From a virus, in the IMG/VR virus record IMGVR_UViG_3300035675_000004, positions 1 through 64,000 of that record: a stretch of 64,000 nucleotides of DNA. One strand, given 5' to 3'. The translations under genes were made by a program, and so were the position numbers. Under the pieces are notes generated by a model that was not told the DNA's origin, did no database searches, and saw only the letters and a program-made list of their open reading frames with translations. The first letter of the stretch is position 1; each line of letters opens with the position of its first letter. This document shows, one piece after another, positions 1 through 11,300 of this stretch.

Positions 1-1083
1 CCTGCTTCAAGCGCATGGTCTGTCGCTCACAATCTCAATTCAAAATATGTGGTTGTTGAAGTGATTGATGGTGCTGACGATTATATGATTGAACCGTTGG
101 ATATTTTATATGTAGACGCGAACAATCTAACAATCACTTTTTCTGCAGCTGTTGAAGGATATGCAAGAATTATTGCGGGATCTGGAACCTCTGGCACAAG
201 TGGTGCTGGCGGCGGAGAAATGATTATTGATTGGACATTAGATGATGGCGCTTATTCTGGAATAACCACAACTGGAACAGCCGGAGAGATGTTGATGTTT
301 GGTTATCTGTGCTATCTTGGTGCTGACGGAAAATTTTATGCAGCTAACAGCAGTTCTTCGACAACAATGCCGGTTGCAGCTATAGCAGCTGAATCTATGT
401 TCGGCGACACTACAGGAACATTTCTCCTATATGGGCACATAAGAACGAGCTTGTGGAGTGGAATTGGATGGGATATTGGTGATAAGATTTATGCATGGTG
501 GGGAGCAAATGGATATCCATCAAATGAAGTTCCTGATCCGACATTCTATATACCACAATTCATAGGTATAGCTACTGGTACGGATTCTATATTTTTCGAT
601 AGTTATGAATCTTCTCCAATCACCTCTGGAACATCTGGTTCGTCAGGAACTTCTGGTGAAGGAACGAGCGGCACCTCTGGTTCATCAGGAACATCTGGCG
701 CCTCTGGTGAAAGCGGGGGATATGCTATAGGATTTATTCTGATGCAATCAGATGAGGATTGTGAGGATGTTGACGGTAAAGAAGGTTTTTGTGTTCCAAC
801 CGAAATGGACACGATGGTTCTTGTGAATGCTCGAGCCACGGTATATGCTAAAGGTGTAACAGGAACAATGGATATTCAAGTAAGGAGATCTCGAGCGGGT
901 TCTGATGTAGATATGCTTTTAACACCGATTACTGTGGGCGACGAATATACTGCTGCTGATAGTGTTATAGACACAGATAATGATGATATTGCATCAGGTG
1001 ATTTGATATTTATTGATATAGATACAATCCACACAACCCCGGCCAAAGGTCTCTCTGTTACTCTCAGTTTTGAGTTTCCATAA
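1..1083 (+). CDS. GTS-repeat virion fibre/decoration protein, C-terminal part (5' truncated by window edge)
   Basis: Frame is open from base 1 (PASSAWSVAHNLNSKY...). It shares the 'AWxxxHNL..Y.VV...VTF..AVSG.A' module and a 'TTMPxAAI' module with the CDSs at 2343 and 13359, and has short GTSGSS tracts. Confidence 0.75.
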   Translation, partial: PASSAWSVAHNLNSKYVVVEVIDGADDYMIEPLDILYVDANNLTITFSAAVEGYARIIAGSGTSGTSGAGGGEMIIDWTLDDGAYSGITTTGTAGEMLMFGYLCYLGADGKFYAANSSSSTTMPVAAIAAESMFGDTTGTFLLYGHIRTSLWSGIGWDIGDKIYAWWGANGYPSNEVPDPTFYIPQFIGIATGTDSIFFDSYESSPITSGTSGSSGTSGEGTSGTSGSSGTSGASGESGGYAIGFILMQSDEDCEDVDGKEGFCVPTEMDTMVLVNARATVYAKGVTGTMDIQVRRSRAGSDVDMLLTPITVGDEYTAADSVIDTDNDDIASGDLIFIDIDTIHTTPAKGLSVTLSFEFP

Positions 1084-1093
1084 GAGGATATAG

Positions 1094-2305
1094 ATGGCTA
1101 CAGTTTCTTCGACATTAGCTTTTGGTATAGGTTATAGTGCGGCCAATGCTGGTTATCAGTATGGCACCACGGGATTTAGCAATTCCTCGATAATTTTTGG
1201 TTATTATAGCGCATTATATCCTTATAATGGTTTTATACGATTTGGCCCGATAGAAATTCCAAATGGTGCGACAATAACCAGCGCATATATTAGATTTTCT
1301 CCGGCTGGTTCTGGCACCGGCGATGGCACCTGTAATGCAACTATAAAGCTTGCTGACAGTGATACGGCGCCGGTCAGCCACGCATCATTTGATGCGAAAA
1401 CTTGGAGCGCGACAACTGTAGCGTGGAATAATATTCCCAAAGCAGAATGGACAGCGCCTTATTATGATTCGCCTGATATTACTGATCTTATTGCAGAAAA
1501 GGTTGAAGATGCTGGGTGGGTTGAGGGGGATCATATACTACTCGGTATATTTGATAATGGTTCTGAGACCAATGTTGCTCGCTATGCATATAATAGCTCA
1601 GCCGGTATACAGAAAAATCCGATGCTGGTTATTACATTTACAGCGAACAATAAATGGTATGGCCAACCAAAAGCTAACACGGATATGATGGCATATCATC
1701 GTTTTGATCCTCCAAACGAAGCCAATAATTCTTTTGATTCCGGTGTGAATGAAATGCCATGGGGGCAATCAACACTTTTCGCAATGGTATTTTGGTATGA
1801 TAATGGAATAAGATTTCCAGAATGTAATGTTCCAAGATATGCCCAGATTACATCAGCAGAATTGATGCACTTTAGCACATCTGTTTCTTATACATGGGAT
1901 GTAGAGCACGATATATATTTGAATGATACTAATGATGCTGCCGCTCCGACTACACAAGAAGGCTGGGAAGCGTTAGTTAAAACTACAGCATCGTATCATA
2001 ATACCATTAGCACCGATATATCTCCGTGGACTTGGTATACTATTGCTTCAGGTTTTACTGCTCCTATTCAAGAAGTTATTATCAGGCGAGGATGGACAAT
2101 CGGTAATGACATTATGATGATGAATCTTTGCACAGCATCATCTTCAGCAGGCCAGTATTTACATTTTGAAGGCGCTTTTAATAACAGTATCGTAGATACA
2201 GACACATATGGTTATTCACCAGTATTGAAAATAGAGTTTACGCCGAGAGAAGCCGATTATAGAAGGACGAAGATTATAACAACAAAATGGGATGCGAATA
2301 GATAA
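1094..2305 (+). CDS. Putative virion protein with two tandem beta-sandwich domains
   Basis: GAGGA RBS. Internal duplication IRFGPIEIPNGATITSA / IRFPECNVPRYAQITSA; a third copy lies inside the 2343 CDS (VRWQNVTIPNGNTILSA). Confidence 0.6.
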   Translation: MATVSSTLAFGIGYSAANAGYQYGTTGFSNSSIIFGYYSALYPYNGFIRFGPIEIPNGATITSAYIRFSPAGSGTGDGTCNATIKLADSDTAPVSHASFDAKTWSATTVAWNNIPKAEWTAPYYDSPDITDLIAEKVEDAGWVEGDHILLGIFDNGSETNVARYAYNSSAGIQKNPMLVITFTANNKWYGQPKANTDMMAYHRFDPPNEANNSFDSGVNEMPWGQSTLFAMVFWYDNGIRFPECNVPRYAQITSAELMHFSTSVSYTWDVEHDIYLNDTNDAAAPTTQEGWEALVKTTASYHNTISTDISPWTWYTIASGFTAPIQEVIIRRGWTIGNDIMMMNLCTASSSAGQYLHFEGAFNNSIVDTDTYGYSPVLKIEFTPREADYRRTKIITTKWDANR

Positions 2306-2342
2306 ATAATACAGATAAGGAAAACGGGATTGCGGAAGGGGA

Positions 2343-5300
2343 ATGAAATATTATAACGTAGATGCAGAAGGCCCGATAAAGATAGAAATCGTTACTTCGC
2401 TTCCTGCTTGGGAAGCTTCTTTCGAGGGCCGTCTTGTATATCTTGATCCAGAAGATAAACTTTATGTAGCTACAGCCACAGGATGGGTGCCAGCGTATAC
2501 AGGAACTTCTGGCAGTTCAGGCGCTTCTGGCACTTCTGGCACATCTGGAACATCCGGTTCATCTGGCACATCAGGCTCAAGTGGAACATCTGGAACCTCG
2601 CCGCCGGGCTTTTCATCAGGAACATCTGGAACGAGCGGAACTTCTGGAACATCTGGTTCATCGGGAACCAGCGGCTCAAGCGGAAGCTCAGGCACATCTG
2701 GTTCATCTGGAATGAGCGGAACGAGTGGAAGCTCTGGTTCATCAGGAACATCGGGAACATCAGGCTCCTCAGGCGCATCGGGAACATCGGGAACCTCTGG
2801 TTCGTCTGGTTCATCGGGCACATCAGGAAGCTCGGGCACATCAGGTTCATCTGGAAGCTCAGGCACATCAGGTTCATCAGGAAGTAGTGCTGATTGGGGC
2901 CAAGCCTACAGGTTTGATACATCTACTGTAGACGGCGATCCGAATATTGGACATCTCCGCTTCAACACAAGTGATTATTCTACCGTAACTTGGATTTACA
3001 TAGATTTGATGGACAGGTATGGAGGCGATCTTACAGATTGGCTCGATATGCTGGATATGAGTTCGTCACTATGGACAAAAGGTTTCTTGAGAATTTGGAA
3101 GGATGCAGATGAAACCAATTATGTTCTTTATAATATAAGCGGCGATTTGGTTGATGAAACAGGCTACAGAAAAATTCCTGTAGAGCATTTGTCACATCAC
3201 GGTGATTTATACGCTAACGATCAAAATATCAGGCTTGGATATACGCCTTCAGGCGATGCTGGAACGAGTGGAACATCTGGAACATCGGCTTCAGGAACAT
3301 CAGGTGCAAGTGGAACATCAGGAAGTTCTGGAACATCAGGCGAACTGGGCCCAGCTGGAACATCAGGTTCAAGTGGAACATCGGGTGAAGCAGGAACATC
3401 TGGAAGTTCAGGCACAAGCGGAAGTTCTGGAACCTCGGGAGAAGGAACATCAGGAACATCTGGTTCATCGGGTTTGTTTGGCGGCGATAGTATGCCATAT
3501 AAATTTAGCACGACAACGGCCGGCGCCGATACAGATGCTAGATATTTGAGATTTGATAATGCTGCCCCATCTGCTGCCACCGCTCTCTATGCGAATATAG
3601 TAAATGATGATGTTGTGGATATCACCGATTGGTTGGATGATATCATTACTGGCCCAGCTGGTGTAGTGAGAGTTTTTTCTGAGTACGATTCATCGAAATT
3701 TGCTGTCTATACTGTAAATGGGCAAATTACTGATGGAACAACTACTTTTAAAGTAACAACTGGTGCGGATGATGGTCATACTGATGAGCTGATATCAGCT
3801 TTTTATGCAAGTGCAAACTGGATTGGGTTTGGACACCATGCTGGTGCTGTACATTCTTTTGTAAGGTGGCAGAATGTTACTATACCAAACGGTAATACTA
3901 TTTTATCTGCATATGTTACATTCAATGCTTATCAAAACACAACTAATGATCAACCAATACTCATTTATGGAAATGATGTTGATGACGCTGTAGCGCCGAC
4001 AAATTACGCTGGATTTCATGCGTTGGTAAAAACAACAGCGGTTGGAAATTGGTCATCTCCCGGTCTCTGGACACAAAATGTAGATTATGATACGATTGAC
4101 ATATCAAATGTTATTCAGGAAATTGTGGATAGAGCTGGTTGGGCATCAGGTAATGACCTGCAGTTGATATTCTGGAATAATGGCCCAACTGAAGTCAATC
4201 ATCACTATGTTCCAAAATCATATGACGGTTATGGTACGAATGTTGCAGCTAGATTGACTATCTCATATTCATCAACGACCATAGATACAAAAGGCCTTGA
4301 TGTTACTTACATAGATGGTAATGGAACATTCGATGCTGATGAAAGAGTTGTAATCACTTATGTAAAACACGGGACTTCTGGTAGTTCTGGCACATCGGGC
4401 ACATCGGGCACATCGGGTTCAAGCGGAACATCAGGCACGAGCGGAAGCTCAGGAAGTTCTGGAACATCAGGTTCAAGCGGAACATCTGGTTCATCAGGAA
4501 CCAGTGGAAGCTCAGGCACATCTGGTGTTGGGGAAAGTGGAACATCAGGAAGCTCGGGAACATCTGGCATCGGGGTAAGTGGAACATCAGGAAGTTCTGG
4601 AACCTCGGGCACAGGTTTTGAATGGATTGGTTCTTGGGCACCATCGGCCACATATATCGAGCTCGATGTTGTAGAAAATGATAATAATACATATGTCTGC
4701 ACTCTGTCACACACTTCATCAGGAGCAGCGTATGATGAGCCGGGCTCTGGAACATTTTGGGAGCTTTATTGGGATCAATTTGTTCCCGGTGGATCAGGCA
4801 CATCAGGAAGTTCTGGCACAAGTGGAAGTTCGGGAACATCAGGTGAAGGAACTTCTGGAACCAGTGGAAGCTCAGGAACCTCAGGCGATGCCGGCACAAG
4901 TGGAAGCTCGGGAACCTCAGGCTCATCGGGAACCTCAGGCGATGCTGGCACAAGCGGTTCAAGTGGAACATCGGGCGATACAGGCACAAGCGGTTCAAGT
5001 GGAACATCGGGTTCATCAGGAACTTCGGGTGAAGCTGGCACATCAGGTTCAAGTGGAACATCTGGTTCATCGGGAACCTCAGGCGATGCCGGCACAAGCG
5101 GAAGCTCTGGAACATCCGGTTCATCAGGCTCAAGTGGAACATCGGGTGTTGATGGAACATCGGGAAGTTCGGGAACATCAGGTGAAACAGGCACATCAGG
5201 TTCAAGTGGAACTTCGGGAAGTTCGGGAACATCAGGTGAAGCCGGAACAAGCGGAAGCTCTGGAACCTCTGGCTCAAGCGGAACAAGTGGAACATCGGGT

Positions 5301-8300
5301 TCAAGCGGAACATCAGGTGAAGCCGGCACAAGCGGAAGCTCTGGCACATCTGGTTCGTCAGGAACTTCTGGTGATGCTGGCACAAGCGGAAGCTCTGGAA
5401 CCTCTGGCTCAAGCGGAACTTCTGGTGAAGCAGGCACATCAGGTTCAAGTGGAACATCAGGCGAAACTGGAACATCTGGCACATCGGGTTCGAGCGGAAC
5501 CTCGGGTGACGGAACATCTGGCACATCTGGTTCATCAGGAACTTCAGGCGATGCCGGAACATCTGGAAGCTCGGGCACATCAGGCGACAGTGGCACATCA
5601 GGTTCGTCAGGAACATCAGGAAGCTCGGGCACAAGTGGTTCAAGCGGAACCTCTGGCTCATCCGGCACATCTGGTGACGGCACAAGCGGAACATCAGGAA
5701 GTTCAGGAACCTCTGGTATTGCTGGCACAAGCGGAAGCTCTGGAACAAGCGGTGATGGTTTTGAATGGATTGGCACTTGGGCACCATCAGCAACATATAA
5801 TGAAAATGATATTGTAGAAAATGACAATGATACATATATCTGCACATTATCACATACTTCTTCTGGTGCGGCATATGATGAGCCGGGTTCAGGAACATTT
5901 TGGGAACTCTACTGGGATACATTTGTTCCCGGTGGAACAGGAACATCTGGTTCATCTGGAACATCTGGCTCGAGCGGCACTTCAGGTGACGGCACAAGTG
6001 GCACAAGTGGAAGCTCTGGCACAAGTGGTGAAGCAGGCACAAGCGGCTCAAGTGGAACCTCGGGTGATAGTGGAACATCGGGTTCAAGCGGAACATCAGG
6101 TTCATCAGGAACTTCTGGTGATGGAACAAGCGGAACGAGCGGAAGTTCTGGCACAAGTGGGAGCTCCGGCACATCTGGCTCATCAGGTACGAGCGGAAGT
6201 AGCGGAACATCTGGTGTTGATGGAACCAGTGGAAGCTCAGGAACATCAGGAAGCTCGGGCACAAGCGGAACGAGTGGAAGCTCAGGAACTTCTGGTGATA
6301 GTGGAACATCTGGTTCAAGCGGCACGAGCGGAAGCAGTGGAACATCGGGAGAGACCGGAACCAGTGGAAGTAGCGGAACATCAGGAAGCTCGGGCACATC
6401 AGGCTCAAGCGGAACATCAGGAATTGATGGAACATCTGGTTCATCAGGCACATCAGGAAGTAGCGGAACGAGCGGAAGCTCGGGAACTTCTGGTTCTTCA
6501 GGCACAAGCGGAACATCGGGAAGTTCTGGCACGAGCGGTTCGTCTGGCACATCTGGTATAGACGGAACATCTGGAAGCTCTGGAACCAGTGGCTCCTCAG
6601 GCACATCAGGAAGCTCGGGAACATCTGGTTCTTCAGGCACATCAGGAATAGAATACTGGGAAAGAGTGGGAACAGCATTATCACCAAGAAATGCTGGTGA
6701 TTATGTTGATATGAAAAGTGCCGCCGTATCAGGCGTCAGCAATCTTTATTTTGATACAACACCACCGACAGCAGCTTATGAAGAAGGAAGATTGTATTAT
6801 GACGAGACTTGGAAAACTCTGTCTGTCAATATCGGTAGGGATGTAAATCTTCAGATTGGTCAGGAAGAACTGAGAAGGGTATACAACAATACTGGCGTAG
6901 AGATTGCGGATGGAAAAGCGGTTTATACAGATGGCGTGTATACAGATGGTGACAATGATGTTGCAACGATCGCTCTGGCAATCGCAAATGATGTAAACAA
7001 ATATAATGTTCTTGGTCTGACAACACAATCAATCCCCGCAAGTGCTTATGGATTTGTCACGGTAAGAGGACACGTCAATGATATTGATACTTCCGGTTTG
7101 ACAGAAGGAGCTGTTCTCTACTTGAGTGACGATGTTGCTGGTGAAGTGACAACATCATTACCGGATGCTGGAAACTACAAAGCAAGAATTGGAAGATGTA
7201 TTACACAGGCAACCGCAGAAAATCACGGTCGTATCAATGTCAGGATATTCCCCGCACAAAAACTTGGAGACCTGTCAAATGTAAGTGTGCCATCTCCTTC
7301 CCTTGATGATGTTCTTCGTTTCAATGGAACAGAATGGGTAAACGGGCCGCCATCAGTTGCTTCCGCAACGCCGGGTATTATATTCTATAATGCTTCACCG
7401 ACGATTACTGCGGTATCAACTGACAATGAGACACCGATATTGACATTATCCAAGATACCTGTAGTAACAGCAGAGCAGACCAACACGATTTCTGTAGCAA
7501 GTAATACCGTTCTTGGTTCTGCTTGGTTGTATGACACGGTATTGAACAGGGTAACGATTGATGCAGGTGTATGGGAGTTCAATATATTCGCAGGGGTCAA
7601 TTCTACTATTGGTGGTAGAGTAACAACCGTCACAAGACAAGTATACTCTGTTCTTCCACAGGATGGCTCTACTTATACAGTAACGATTACTGGTTCTGGA
7701 ACATCAAGAACTGCCACGGCAAATGGTGGAACACCGTTTGCGCCAGAGAAGATTGACCCTTCTGCAACCAATACAACGGCTTCATTCCTACAGACCCCGA
7801 ATGGAATTTATCAGATTACAGCAAGAGCATCTGATACAGTAGTTACGATTACAACACCGTTGGGATATACAAACGAAAGTGGTGTTACCTTCAATGTATG
7901 GAAAAAATTGTTTGGTGTAACAACTTCAACGATTACATCTATATCACCGAATTATGCACTATGGACGGCTCAATCAACACAAGCAGCCTTCACTATTACT
8001 TTAAAACATAAACTTGGTGCGATGACATTTGGAACGAGTAATAATACCACGACGATTACTCTTTCATATGATGGAACAACGAGAAACACCCACTTCAAGA
8101 CACCGTTGATTACCCTACACGGTAATTTGGCAGGACTTCAAGGTGGAACCGGAACTGTTCCGAATGAAGAATACTACCACTTGACACAAGCAATATATGA
8201 TAATCTTGTTGCGGGTGGTGGAACATCTGGTTCATCGGGAACCTCAGGCACAAGCGGAAGTAGTGGAACGAGTGGAACATCGGGCTCATCAGGCACAAGC

Positions 8301-11300
8301 GGAAGTAGCGGAACATCTGGAAGCAGTGGAACATCAGGTTCAAGCGGAACGAGTGGAAGCTCTGGAACTTCCGGAATTGATGGAACATCAGGCTCAAGTG
8401 GAACATCTGGAATTGATGGAACGAGCGGATCATCAGGAACATCAGGAAGCAGCGGAACCAGTGGAAGCTCGGGAACAAGTGGCACTTCTGGAAGTTCGGG
8501 CACCAGCGGTGATAGCGGAACGAGTGGAAGCTCAGGCACATCTGGTATAGATGGCACATCAGGCTCATCCGGCACATCTGGAATTGACGGCACAAGTGGA
8601 AGCTCGGGCACAAGTGGTTCATCTGGAACATCGGGTTCTTCCGGCACCTCGGGCACAAGCGGAAGCTCTGGAACATCAGGCTCCTCAGGCACATCGGGTG
8701 TTGATGGAACATCTGGTTCAAGTGGAACATCGGGTTCATCGGGCACAAGTGGAACCTCTGGTTCTTCTGGCACTTCGGGTATAGATGGAACGAGCGGAAG
8801 CTCGGGAACTTCAGGCGATAGCGGAACAAGCGGTTCAAGCGGAACCTCTGGAAGCTCAGGCACATCTGGTATTGATGGAACGAGCGGGTCATCAGGAACA
8901 TCAGGTTCTTCAGGAACCTCAGGCACAAGCGGAAGCTCTGGAACATCCGGTTCATCAGGAACATCAGGCGATAGCGGAACAAGCGGTTCAAGCGGAACCT
9001 CTGGAAGTTCGGGAACAAGTGGCGACACCGGCACAAGCGGAAGCTCAGGAACATCTGGTTCAAGTGGAACATCGGGGTCATCTGGAACTTCTGGTTCAAG
9101 CGGAACCTCTGGAACATCGGGGTCATCGGGAACTTCTGGTTCAAGCGGAACAAGCGGTTCAAGCGGAACCAGCGGAAGCTCAGGAACAAGCGGCACTTCT
9201 GGAAGTTCGGGCACCAGCGGTGATAGCGGAACGAGCGGAAGCAGTGGAACATCTGGTTCTTCTGGCACTTCAGGTTCAAGCGGAACATCGGGTGTTGATG
9301 GAACGAGTGGAAGTAGTGGAACATCTGGAAGCTCAGGAACCAGCGGCTCATCAGGAACCTCGGGCACATCTGGTTCATCAGGAACATCAGGGGATAGCGG
9401 AACATCGGGAAGCTCAGGAACATCAGGAAGTTCTGGCACGAGCGGAAGTTCTGGAACGAGTGGTTCATCAGGAACCTCTGGTGATAGTGGAACATCAGGA
9501 AGTTCCGGCACATCAGGTTCAAGTGGAACCTCGGGCGATACTGGAACATCCGGTTCAAGCGGAACCTCTGGAAGCTCAGGAACAAGCGGAACATCTGGAA
9601 GCTCGGGAACGAGCGGCGATGACGGCACAAGTGGAAGCTCTGGAACCAGTGGCTCCTCAGGCACATCGGGAAGCTCGGGCACAAGTGGAACATCAGGAAG
9701 TTCAGGAACCTCTGGTTCATCTGGAACATCAGGAGACACCGGCACATCTGGAAGCTCCGGAACCTCCGGCTCAAGTGGAACATCAGGAAGCGGAACATCT
9801 GGAAGTTCTGGAACCTCGGGAGAAGCTGGAACCAGCGGAAGCTCCGGAACATCTGGCGCAACAGGTATAACAGGCGGATATCTTCATACACAATCAACAC
9901 CAGCGACAGCCTGGGATATTGACCATAATTTGAATTATCAGTATGTTGTTGTTCAGGTATCTAATGAGACAGATTATGTAATAGCGCCAGAAGATATTGA
10001 GTTTGTTGATAGCAATAGTATTTTAGTTACATTCAGTAAAGCGGTTTCGGGCCACGCTGCTGTCGTTGTCGGTGGTGGCACATCGGGAACATCTGGTGTG
10101 GGAGTAAGTGGAACGAGTGGAACATCGGGCTCCTCAGGCACAAGCGGTTCTTCTGGAACCTCGGGCGATGCAGGAACATCTGGTTCATCGGGAACCTCTG
10201 GTGAAGCAGGCACAAGCGGTTCAAGCGGAACGAGTGGAAGCTCTGGAACCTCAGGCGACGGCACAAGTGGAACATCGGGAAGCTCTGGAACCTCTGGTTC
10301 GGGCACAAGTGGAACGAGTGGAAGCTCTGGAACATCGGGTGAAACCGGCACGAGCGGTTCATCAGGCACATCGGGCGACAGCGGAACGAGTGGTTCAAGT
10401 GGAACAAGCGGAAGTTCGGGCACAAGCGGTTCGTCTGGTACTTCAGGAAGTTCAGGAACATCCGGTAGCGGCACATCTGGAACATCGGGCGATACAGGCA
10501 CATCTGGAAGTTCTGGAACCTCTGGCGACACCGGCACATCGGGTTCAAGTGGAACGAGCGGTTCGAGCGGAACGAGTGGCTCAAGCGGAACCTCTGGAAG
10601 CTCAGGCACAAGCGGTTCATCCGGAACTTCTGGTAGCGGCACATCTGGAACATCGGGCGATACAGGCACATCTGGAAGCTCGGGAACCTCTGGTATAGAC
10701 GGAACATCTGGAAGTTCTGGAACGAGTGGAGAGGACGGCACAAGTGGAACGAGTGGTTCAAGTGGAACCAGCGGAAGTTCTGGAACATCAGGAAGTTCAG
10801 GCACAAGCGGTTCATCCGGCACATCAGGCTCCGGCACAAGTGGAACATCCGGTTCTTCGGGAACATCTGGTGAAACTGGCACAAGCGGAAGTAGCGGAAC
10901 ATCAGGCGATGATGGAACATCGGGCACAAGCGGTTCATCGGGAACATCAGGTTCATCTGGAACCAGCGGGTCAAGTGGAACTTCCGGTGATGGAACAAGC
11001 GGCACAAGTGGTTCATCAGGAACCAGTGGAAGTTCTGGCACAAGCGGTTCATCTGGAACATCAGGTGACGGCACAAGCGGAACGAGTGGAAGTTCTGGAA
11101 CCAGCGGCTCCGGCACAAGCGGAACATCGGGCTCAAGCGGAACCTCTGGCACATCGGGCGCTGGAAGTAATATCAGGTTGTTTAGCTGGACGATTGTAAA
11201 TCCGACTGCAGGTTCTGGTATTCCCGGCCCACAGTTGAGGGAAGCTCATACAGGCACAAGAATATCGAGTTATGTTACAGCAGCAACATCAGTTGCATTT

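Noticed and set aside
4370-11165. Possible CRISPR array or non-coding tandem repeat
   Set aside because: There is no constant repeat with unique spacers, the variation is synonymous within an ORF, and no cas genes are present.
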